This document shows, one piece after another, positions 1-9,961 of a DNA stretch of 33,206 bases (its first letter is position 1; each line of letters opens with the position of its first letter). The notes under the pieces were generated by a model, which did not search any database, had not been told where the DNA came from, and saw only the letters and a list, made by a program, of their open reading frames with translations. Source of the DNA: Perkinsus olseni (taxonomy: Eukaryota); assembly GCA_013115125.1 (NCBI GenBank), contig JABANN010000390.1, positions 1-33,206 on the forward strand, read 5' to 3'. Both the position numbers and the translations under genes were made by a program.

Positions 1-217
1 GCTAATCACTCTTGAATGATAGATTTCATTTGCACTAACTCCTGGTGCTTTGTGTTTCCCATATGACTGACGGCGACTCTTCCCAACAGCAACAGCGCTT
101 GCGAATTTCCGCGAAAGATGAGGTTCCCAGGTTCGAATCCCACAACTGTCATTTCTAACGCAAGTAATCTGTCGGCGGCGGTTTCTGGCCAGCAGCAGAT
201 GAGTTGCTCGAGTACAT
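1..217 (-). CDS. 5' end of a hypothetical multi-exon gene that runs off the left edge
   Basis: ATG at 217 gives MYSSNSSAAGQKPPPTDYL, then an in-frame TAG unless the GT..AG intron 98-159 is removed. The spliced frame continues PLLLLGRVAVSHMGNTKHQELVQMKSIIQ. No recognisable homology. Confidence 0.4.
120..156 (+). pseudogene. tRNA-derived 3' fragment (B-box, acceptor strand AACTGTC-A, TTT), antisense inside intron 98-159
   Basis: GAGGTTCCCAGG TTCGAAT CCCAC AACTGTC A TTTCT. The T-stem is degenerate. The 3' end resembles GACAG-type (Leu/Ser-like) tRNA ends and is closely similar to the copy at 18074-18144 (-). Confidence 0.6.
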
Positions 218-1299
218 AGTGATTCGTATTTTTTGTGAGATCCTAAAGACGCGAGCCTTCGAATGGCGCGCTATTCGTTAAACGAATTTCGTTTTCAAAT
301 CTATTCTGAAATCCAGGAACTGAATGATTCGGACAAGGCGGGACAAGTGCATATGCATCATGCGTAACGCATGCACAAAGTTATCGTGAAAAGGGCCTCT
401 GTCGCCTTTCTGTTAGAATGCAAGGCTTGCCTGGCAAGGTTCGCCACCTGCGAATCGCCAGCTATAAGTAACAACGAAGGTTACTGCGTCAAAGCTTTAC
501 GATCAAACTAATTCTAGTGATTGAGTGGCGACATAATGTCGCCGACATTTGGATCATCTCTTAGTGTCGTAGATTCTACGAGAGGTTTTCGATGCGCGCC
601 TTTACCGAGAAAGGCTTCCCCGACCTTCGGTAAAAGTTTTACCTTAAAACCTTCGGGCCTTCTGCTGCTAGCAAATGGTGCCTCCGCCGGAGAGTTTCCT
701 ATCGTGGAGTTTCTCTCCCGCCGGCGGACTATCGCTCGAGGACGCCGTCGAGTTTCAGTGCCGGTGGACTGTCCGGTGTCAGACTAGCATTGCCAGTGAC
801 CTGGTCGGGGCCTCAACGTTAACGTGGTCAACGCATACGTGGCCGCAACCATTGAGTCAACACAGCTCTCCACTATCTCAAAGGTACGAACCGATAACTG
901 CGCATCGCAGTCTCACCGGGCACTCTCAACCTTCAACAACACAATCACTAACCAACTCTGCAGTGGGCAATTAATTTCCATAGTGCGATGCTAATGCCAT
1001 AAAAGGCCCAGAAGGGGCACGCTTACTGGCAAATGTACTTCCGCCGGCGCATTATCACTCGCAGTCACAAACTGCGGAGACCAGGTCAAACTTGGACCGT
1101 CCAAGTCTTGCGGAAAGACTTGAACTCCGCACACATCTCCAAACATAACCCGACTTCCCAAGGCAAAACCAGAGGGCACACCAACTCTTGCTCGAATACG
1201 ACGCCTTCGAGAGCGATGTGACGAGCGATAGAATGATATTCATTAGAATATTATCAACATCCTGAGGAAAGAGATCAATCGACTCGAGTTTAGACTAAA

Positions 1300-2300
1300 C
1301 TGTGTAGTCACTCGATCGAACAGTGTCTAAGGGTCATAGTATGACCCTCTGAGTACGGCGGCAGTACTCGCAGTTGATCTCGCCTTCTTCGACACCACGT
1401 CCAGCACTGGTGGACCACCAGTGCACAAGTAGGCCGGAGCCAATACCACTGGCGAACCTCCTCATAGCATTTCGCCTCGGAGGCGACTCTTGCCTCTTGA
1501 CTCAACGCCTGGGAGTCCCAGAAGTTCACGGTCTTATATATCTTTGCCATTGGCAAATTGCCAATCGGTTGTCCCTTCCCGGAGGGAGATTTGGTGTGAA
1601 TACCACTCGTGAGTTGCCCGACAGCGAAGGACCATGGACCAACTGTTTCTCAATAACCAGAGCATACTCGGTACGTGGCACGTACTACGTGCCCGCGCCG
1701 AGGTGATACCCCGGCCCGGGGTCCTCTGGTGAATTTCGTTCGCTCCGTATTAGTAGCCGTCACGGTCAAAGAGGAGGTGGCGTTGCCGCTGGCGGCTCCA
1801 GGCCCCGTCGGCCGAATGATGCTCTTCTAAGCCTTAGAGACTCTCATTAGGAGAGTCTCCTTCGCCAGCGGGATCCTCCATCATCAACACGTCTCTCAGA
1901 TCACCATAAAGTTCGAATAAACTCGTCTCAAATAATCCCCGATTTCTGGCTCGGCCGCACCCCCCCCATCGTCGATGGGCCATCGACGGTCGACGATCGA
2001 TCCTCCAAGTCGGAGGGTCCAGCCATTTCGTGATCACCCCTGAGGTTGTAGGCTTCATTCGCCACTCCACCGCTGGACATTTTCAGCCTCATAACTGCGT
2101 GCACTGCCCTCGCACGTTCAGCCGGGCTAAGCTTGCCCGCCACTCGCACATGCCTCAATGCGTCTCTCGTCAGCTGGCTGCCACGCAAAAGGGCAGCTAG
2201 AAGGAACCACTGGTTCGAATCAGCTACCAGTTACACATTTCCAGTTTGCAAAAGCCTCTATACGGTTCTGCTCATACAGTCTAAGGCTCTGAATCCCGAT
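1300..2300. other. Fragmented ORF-like region, possibly a decayed mobile element or pseudogene
   Basis: Several short protein-like ORFs (1308-1556, 1834-2070 and 1928-2188 on the minus strand) that I could not join with plausible splice sites. No diagnostic RT, integrase or transposase motif was seen. Confidence 0.2.
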
Positions 2301-2483
2301 CTCGAACTATGCTGTAGGCTACAGCCTGTAGGTTACCTACAACCGTTACCGTACCGAACTGAACTCGAAAGAGGGTAATCGAGCGGGAAAACAGAACATG
2401 CTAGCGAGCCAACGCCACCACCATGCGCTTACAATTGTGAGGGAACACGATTAGATGACATAGAACACAAAACTAGCTTACCT

Positions 2484-3467
2484 TCACAGAAGTGCCAACT
2501 TAACCAGTTCATAGTTATCTCGGCTCCCCATAGCCACAGTAACACCCCAGTCACTGGTCACGGCCATAAATCTGATGTGGCACCCCAAAAAAGAATCACT
2601 CGTACACAGGATTGAACTCGAGTAGAGGTCGACGAGGCAGACGGACCACGGTGGTGCTCCACGCAATCGCTGATCAGCAGCAGAAACTGCACAGGCGAGC
2701 CCATCCGTGTTCGGAACGAACTTGCAGCTCCACGCATTGGCCAGAGTAGTGACAATGACTTCACCACAGGACCGCCTGTAGTGGATCTCATGAGGGCGGC
2801 TGCCAGTGCCGTGCACTATGTAAAGAAACTGACTCCGCTCATCAGAGTCAGATCCGCCCGTCGCGTCGAATGATCGAACACCCCCTTCAACATCGAAGAG
2901 ACATCGCCATTCCTTCTGGTCCAAAAGGTAGGTGTAAATCCGACACCTCTCCAGAGTTAGCAAAAATAATCTCGAATTCGACACACAAACATCTCTAGGG
3001 TAGTCGTCATCTTGGAAGAAGGGCAGACCGATGGTCGAGAGTCGCTTGCCGTCCTCAAGGCGTCTACGCAGGATACCCCAGCCAGCGAGGTTGATGCAGT
3101 ATAGCACGTCGCCGTCGCTGCAGGCGCCACCGGCTTTGCGAATTCGTGATGACTCAGGAATTAGCTCTTGGACTTCTCCGTCCTGGTTGAATTCCATCAC
3201 GCGTCTATTCGCGTCATCACCGCTACGCTCCACGAACACGGTAGAACTCTGACGGCAAGGGGCAAGGGAGGTTATTGAGCCCTTCCTGGTGTAGCAACTC
3301 TGCAGGGAGACCCTCGCCGGAGTCAAGCGACGAATAAACTGCCAAATAGTCCAGTATAGATCAGGACCGCCCTTGTCGCTGGATCTGGACAGCAGATTCA
3401 ACTGGGCGAAGAAGACGAATCGACGAGTAGACACTGCGGCGCTCTGCTCTCGGGCGGTGGTGGTCAT
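2484..3467 (-). CDS. Intronless 327-aa hypothetical protein, likely beta-propeller (NHL/WD-like)
   Basis: Long ATG-to-stop ORF with repeated short beta-strand patterns (GGACSDGDVLYCI, PRDVCVSNSRLFLL, VRSFDA..FLYIV, IRFMAVTSDWGVTVA). Confidence 0.7.
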   Translation of the reverse strand: MTTTAREQSAAVSTRRFVFFAQLNLLSRSSDKGGPDLYWTIWQFIRRLTPARVSLQSCYTRKGSITSLAPCRQSSTVFVERSGDDANRRVMEFNQDGEVQELIPESSRIRKAGGACSDGDVLYCINLAGWGILRRRLEDGKRLSTIGLPFFQDDDYPRDVCVSNSRLFLLTLERCRIYTYLLDQKEWRCLFDVEGGVRSFDATGGSDSDERSQFLYIVHGTGSRPHEIHYRRSCGEVIVTTLANAWSCKFVPNTDGLACAVSAADQRLRGAPPWSVCLVDLYSSSILCTSDSFLGCHIRFMAVTSDWGVTVAMGSRDNYELVKLALL

Positions 3468-4819
3468 CTATGATTTGTGATAACGGAGGACCTCGTCGAT
3501 AACTGAAGGATAGTTACTGCATCTTTCTAGCACTCTGCGAAAGTACCGCAACAGAACAAGCACTTGCCATTTTTACTCGGACAAACATTAGGACACAATC
3601 GCATGGAAAATCTAACCAGGCTTATCCAGAGTCAACCACGGTGTACTGCCGTTTCGGGCATCGCTTCCCTCTCCAGTCCCATCTCTCTTCATCCCGCGAG
3701 CCTGCAATTTACTAACACCAGCCCTCAAATGCGTTATTGAGAAGCGTCCAAGTAACGTGTTATTGAGCAGGCATTCGGACTGAGGCGTCCAATTAGGGGT
3801 GGCAGCTCCAGGCTGACCGTGATAAAAATCGATGCTGATGCAAGCAAAGAATATTCAAACTTTGAACTTCAAATCTCAAAGGCAGTAGTGGAAGCACAAG
3901 CTGACGTAGATGCAGACGAAGAATGTTCAAGTGAGTACTCGAACGAAGCATTCGGTGGTTGGGCATGCCCAGTACAGACATTTCACAGGGGGCGAAGCCG
4001 CGTGCAAATGCTGCACGCATGCGCATAGTGTGCAGAACGCACAACAACGAGTTGCGGTGTAACGTCTCAATGTGGCGTGGTAGTAGTAACGAGAAGCTGA
4101 ACCGAATGCAACGCACTCGGCAATCACCGTCTGGGTACGGCCCGATTGAAAATTGCCACAAGTTATGCATGACACCGGTCGTCAGTGGGGCGAGCGAGAT
4201 TCAAAGTTCGAATAAATGCGGCGCATTTATCTATCTCCTTTGAAAATACGATCTGATTCGTCCCGACGTGCACGAAGGCTTTGAGCTCCTGGGGACCTAT
4301 AAATCGTCCGGGGCATAGTCGACGGGTAGCACCCATCAACGTGTAACCCGGAAGGGACTCGCAGAGGTCTATTGCTGCACCAATAGTGCAACATTTTAGA
4401 ATCGTGACCTCCCATGTTTTCCCATTATCCCCAGAACACTGTTAGCATTCGCTCAACCACTACGCAGTAGAAGGCACCGAGAAGAGCGTTGGCCTTGTGA
4501 CTATTCACAATGTACCCGCTGCGACTGGATCTCTGAGGAGTTCCATGCATACTCGTTCACGATCGTCACAGCGTAGCCGAATGCTCAGAGTCGTGCAGTT
4601 CATCCGGATGAAGCCCCTCGTTGCCATTCAAGCCTCTCACCACTGGTGGCCATGAGAGTATTCACGGTTGAAGCTGGCACGTAGCAAATTCCTAGTTCCC
4701 TCAATAACGTGCGATAATTGGTGTGCTTCAGCAGACCGCTAGCGACTGCGCTCGAATGGAACCTGTTGGGCTCGGTCGAAGATGCTCAGCTCTTCTACAG
4801 TTCTCCGTTTCCGCTTTCG

Positions 4820-5445
4820 ATGCTGAGGACCTCCATCAGGCGGCTTGCGAGACGCAGCACACTCGTCGATGAGCTCGGTATTTTAGCGACCCTGCCCGGT
4901 TGGAGCCGGGGACTAGTGCCTTCATCAGGTGCCAAGCGTCGGGATCCCTATGCCACGGATGGGTTCAAGCCCCTGGATGACAACTACGTCTGGGCCTACA
5001 CGAGGAACATTCTAGATGGCACTGTGTACACCAAGCACAGTGATGGGGTAAGGGGGTGTGAGGGCAGGCTCGCTGGCAGTAGTGCTATAACCATCAACAG
5101 GGTGCCGCCAGAGGGACGTCCTTCTCCACGCTAGGGCTGACCCCAACTCAGGGCAGAGAGGGAGGCTTTGGACTCGGCAGCAACCCCAAGACATTTACTG
5201 TGATCGATGTAAGGCGCCGCTGCTGATCGCTATCGGACTGTGTGGCCCGATACCTATGTTCTCTTCTTGTTGTATTCTCTATCTCTCCGAATCATGTCTG
5301 GGATCAGTGAGAGTTCTAGTAGTTCCATCCTCTCCCACACGATGCCCTTCAGTCCGTTCCCTCATCGCAAGCCTCTAGCAGAGCGCCTCCCCCTCCCCCA
5401 CCTTCCGCCCGGCCGCCGCCTCCGCCCCCGAGAGCCGCCCAGTGA
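4820..5445 (+). CDS. Small hypothetical protein with mitochondrial-type presequence and Pro-rich tail (3 exons; introns 5048-5100 and 5209-5352)
   Basis: Starts MLRTSIRRLARRS. Both introns are GTAAGG..CAG in phase 0 and keep the frame: ..TKHSDG|GAARGTSF..TVID|SVPSSQASSRAPPPPPPSARPPPPPPRAAQ*. Confidence 0.7.
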
Positions 5446-5553
5446 TCGCGCATGAGATGTCTTTGTTTCCGTGCAGTTTCAATACAATTCATTCTCCCTG
5501 CCGGTTGCGTGCTAGTACAGTGGGTTCCTCTATCACCAGTACTACTGTGACCA

Positions 5554-7258
5554 ATGACCATCGTTTCTGGTCGGTTGGTCGGCACCCGATCTTCATACAC
5601 TTTTCTCCGTTCTCTCACGACGGCTCGGCAACATCTACTACGGAAACCCATGTCGAGGCAGGCCGAGGTCAGCCAGCAAATAGCGAAATGCCGTAGTCTT
5701 GAGGAGGTGAGCTGTCGCCTTTCCTGACGGTACATGATCATGAGTGCATCAGGTGGAGGGCTTCCTTCGGCGCTCCGACATGCCACTGGAATCCTTCGAC
5801 CTCATCACAACATGCACGGCCCTTCACCGGCTAGCCCGCTACTCTTCGACGTCCCCACACCTCCTCCAGAGGACTGTTGACCGCATGACCGACCTCCTCA
5901 CCGAACGGGCGTCCTCCGTTCCCCCTCGAGTGATCTCCAATGGCTTGTGGAGTTCAGCTCGGCTGTGGTGTCACACCGACTGTCACCACCTCGTCCGAGC
6001 CCTCGTCACAGTCATCAGTTCCCTACCTTCCTTAGAAGCCTTCGAGCCCCTGCACATCGCCAACTGCCTCTGGGCCTGCGGGTCGCTTCATGAGAATCTT
6101 TCCGACGCCCCGACGAAGCAGGCCGTGCTGGCTGCAGCCTCGCATCTGGTCAAGTGTCTGCTAAGCCGAAGGCCTTCCGCTGGCTTCACGGAGCAGAACA
6201 TTTCTAACATTATCTGGGGTCTTGGGGTGATGGAGATCCTCCAACCCTCTGGCCTCCTGCTGCACCTCTCTACTCTAGCGGAGGCCCATCTCAACCATCA
6301 CGCCGCTGCCACCCAGTCACAAGCGAACGCCGTCTGGGGTTTGGCCAAGCTGCTGCAGGCGGTCGAGGACCGAGGGGCCCTCAGCGACATCGAGAAGCAG
6401 CAAGTGAGGAGAGTGATTCAGAATGTATCTTTCAGAAGTGTAACGAGATGGTCATCGTCACAGGGGGTCTCAGCTCGCCCTGAAGAGCTCGGCATGGTCG
6501 TGTGGGCCCTGGCGGTGGCCCTCAGCGGTGTGACGGACGCCAGCCGAGAGACGCTTACTCAACTCTCATCAGTGTTACGGTCCAACGCGGCGTCAATAGC
6601 CGCTCTGCGAGGCAGCGATCGTCTCGTGTCGAATATTTTATGGTCATTCGGCACCCTGCGGTACTGGGATGATAACCTCCAGCACTTCCTTCACACCGTC
6701 ACGCCAGTGCTGAGCAGCCCCGCTGAGCAGTCCTCTGCCAGGAACGCCTGTGCCAGTGTATGGGCCCTGGCCGTGCTGGACCTCCCCTTCCCCTCTGGCC
6801 TCCTCGAGGCTGCTGTCGACCGGTGCCTCGCTGGCAATCCCGAGCCTCGGGCTATCACAGCGCTTCTCATCGGTGTCGCGGCCAGCGTCAAACGACCGAT
6901 ATTATCATCACGCAGCATAGAAAGTCTCTGTCGAGTCGCCGAAAGTGTGATCGACGCAGAGCACTTGCCCCCCACCCTCGCCGCACAGCTATTCACAGTC
7001 CAGCTGTGGGGTCACTGTTGCCTCCCTCGACCGTTGTACTGGTCCGAATGTCTCCTGCAGAAGACAGTTGAGTGCGGCGTGAAGGGCCTCCCTTCCGATA
7101 CTCGTATTGTTAGCGGCATGCAAAGCGCAGTGAGAGAAGCCCTGGAGAGGGCCTCACCCCTGTCGAGAGTTCTGGTCGAGCCGACAGCCGTGCGGGCCGG
7201 TTGGGATGTGGACTTTGGCGTCGGTGGTGAATTAGGTGCTGATTGGATGATTACCTAG
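5554..7258 (+). CDS. Mitochondrion-targeted helical-repeat RNA-binding protein of the RAP/HPR/OPR-like class (intron 5707-5752; 3' end uncertain)
   Basis: Exon 1 MTIVSGRLVGTRSSYTFLRSLTTARQHLLRKPMSRQAEV..LEE splices into the 504-aa ORF. About 7 repeats of the form xxNxxW(A/S/G)xxxL (ISNGLWSSARL, IANCLWACGSL, ISNIIWGLGVM, QANAVWGLAKL, LGMVVWALAVA, VSNILWSFGTL, ACASVWALAVL), then the start of a RAP-like segment (SGMQSAVREAL..VE..GWDVDFG). Confidence 0.8.
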
Positions 7259-7839
7259 TGTTTCTGATATCGTTACATCGATTGTGTTGATGGTAGTCCG
7301 AGGCTGGGAGGTGAACGAAGAAGTCAACATCCTCATCTTGATAGATTATTTCATGCGTTAATGAGTGCTGGTTAATGTATATAATAATACAGGAAGGGAC
7401 TGTATGGTTGAAACGTCACCACAAGACGAGGAATACCGTTGAAAACTCGTGTTCGATGGTTTCTGCAGGGGGGGAGCACCCATCGAATATTGAAAGATCA
7501 AATATTAGGTGACCTCATTGCGAGATGGTATGGTACTTCCCTCCCGCCCCTTGTGGCAGCAGAGTTCAAGCTAGTTGGATAACGCGGGACAGAGCTGATC
7601 GTTAGCTTGCTGGCTCATCGGCGTCGAGTCTTCACCAAGCCGGGGACGGCGTCGGACTTGAAACTCACACACACTCGGCTATGATGGGCCTCCCCGTCCC
7701 ATCGAACTGTTTACTCAAGCACATCATCATCAGTAGAAACAACTACATGCATTGGCACCCTGTCCGAGGATCGCCGCGAGACCGCGTGATCATCATGTCC
7801 CTGACAAGAACATCCTCAAGTCTACTTTCTAGGAATGTG

Positions 7840-8921
7840 TTACTCGTCAGCGCCGAGAGGCCGGTTGTCCTGGGCTGGTTCCATGTATTCTGGCCGGAGC
7901 TCGGCGGTCGGCTCAACGTGTGGCTCTTCCACAGGAGCTTCTGCAGGCTCACTAGCCTTCGTCTGGGGCTCGGCAGCGGGTCCAGTCCCGTCAGATGGCG
8001 CTGGTGGTGGTGGAGGGTAAGGCCACTGGGGGTAGGGAGGGACCCCGTAGGGTATCATGAAGGGGACCATCGGTGGATACCCGACCACTGGTTGGGGTGG
8101 CTGTCGAGAACTCCTCCCTCGAGACCTTCTATGATGCGAATATGATGACCCGTCCGTGTCCGACTCGGACGACTCGACACGACGTCGCCTGCGAGCCATC
8201 ACCATCTTCGGAGTATCCGAGGCCAGCCCTGACCTGCCATGCTTCCTCCCGGGCCTCTTAGACACAGTCTGGCAGCCCGCCTCGGTAACCGCTTTCCTTC
8301 CAGTGTTGTCGGACAACTGCTGCTTCTGCCTCTGAGTCGGTCGTTCGGGGTCCTGATCAACAAGGGCATTCCATTTTTGATAGAAAACGTGTAAAATAAC
8401 CCTCGCCGCTGTAGGCGTCTCCTCGGCAGTCGACACCACAGCAGCCTTCCTCGCCAATCGCTTCTTACGAAATGACGAGAAGCTCTCCATCGTCTCATGA
8501 ACTGCCTGCCTAAGACACGCGAACTGACCGAGGAATCTTTTCTCCTGTTTTGGCCTCAACTCGACCTCCTCTCGAGCTCTCCTCTCTCCCTCCAGAGCAC
8601 GACCCAAATGTAAGATATTCTCCTTCACTTCGTCGAGCTCTCGAGTTCTCTCGCCGATCCTCGCCCGAAGAGCCTCAATACGTTCGCGGTCCTCCGCCGT
8701 GACTTCGAGAGGTCCCTTCGAGGAGGCCACGTCCCGACCACCGGCTGCTCCTATTCTGCTACGCTCATGCTCCAACGCCTACTAAGGGCTATGGGTTGAC
8801 GCCTGATGGCAGTTGTCGTCCTTGCCTGCCTCTCCTCATCAAGTTTTTTCCTCTCTTGTCCGAGCCACGCCGCGAAGGATGCCTGCTTTTCGACGAGCTT
8901 CAGCCGTTCCGACCGAATCAT
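7840..8921 (-). CDS. Coiled-coil protein with Arg/Ser- and Pro-rich C-terminus (GC-AG intron 8779-8825; may extend further 3' to about 7570)
   Basis: ORF 8751-8969 joins the 311-aa ORF via GCAAGG..TAG (EERQ|ALEHERSR). Heptad-like E/R/L-rich segment and PPYPQWPYPPPPP region. Confidence 0.65.
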
Positions 8922-9155
8922 CCTAACCCGCTCAGCAACACTGCATCGCTTCCACCTTCGTTGTGCCACGACTCAAAGAAGTTGTATATAATATTCCGCA
9001 ATTCGCTCCTCGTAGTGTTACTCCCTCGACGCGACTTCCGCCACAAAACACAAATACAACCTCTTGGTTTGAAATAAAACTAGTCACTATGAGGAGTAAA
9101 TTACGCCGCTTGACCGGCAATGGCGATCAAACCGCCGAGACCACACTGAAGGATC

Positions 9156-9765
9156 TCATGTATTGGCACTCGTGTATTTCGTCACAGACTTCGTCCCTTC
9201 ACTGACAGCATGCTTCGCCAACTCCCCTGGGAGGACCAGGCGGATTGCCGTCTGAATCTGACCAGACACTACCACACTTTCAGGAACTCACACCCCTACT
9301 TCGCGACTCGATAGGGTCCCTTTGGTCGAGTACTTGCACAACTTCGCGGCTTCAGAGACGATCTGACCAAGGCCAATTAGAAATTAACGACACCCTCTCG
9401 CCTACCCTCTCGAAAGTATCGTTAACGAATGAATTCATGATCATCATGGACTTCTTCGAAATACCCGTATTAGGATGGACCTGGCCAGACTTCACATCAC
9501 CGCAAAGCGCAGCACGAACGATTACCTGCTTCAACACCCGGAAAATGTATGTGTTATAGGTCTCCGCGTGACGCCTTCTTCTCTTCTCTGAACGACAAAG
9601 ACTTCAAAGTCTTTTCACGACAAAACGTGAAAACCTACCGCCAGGCTTGCGGCCTTTCTTCTTAGGCGAGCCAGAACCCTGTGTTTCGGACATGGGCGCA
9701 GCAGCAGGCGGTAGGGTAGGAGGGGAAGCAGCCGGCACAACAGCAGGCTTCTTCTTTGGAGCCAT
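9156..9765 (-). CDS. H2B: Histone H2B, 5 exons (introns 9588-9638, 9481-9525, 9363-9405, 9258-9299)
   Basis: Spliced product: [142 protein letters not shown]. This is the canonical H2B fold and all introns are GT-AG. Confidence 0.97.
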
Positions 9766-9961
9766 ATTGGAAGGCTAGTAATAGTTGGGGTGCTTCAACA
9801 GTCCTTCACAACTTGAGTCAACGAACAAAATAACGAAAATGCGCAGAGACAAAAGCGCGCGCCCAGATGATCGATTTATCACTAATTTACCACAACTTCA
9901 CGACGTTTGATACAGTAGAATGGTGCAGAAAATGAAATAAAAAATGATGGCAGAAAAGTAA

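Noticed and set aside
2207-2230. GGTTCGAATC B-box-like string
   Set aside because: It lacks the T-stem, acceptor strand and T run seen in the other five copies.
3793-4243. Overlapping short ORFs on both strands
   Set aside because: No consistent splice model or recognisable protein features.
7640-7674. Conserved peptide VCEFQVxRR implying paralogous C-termini (with 12560-12596)
   Set aside because: The second copy lies within an intron required by the MCTP-like frame, so the similarity is at DNA level.
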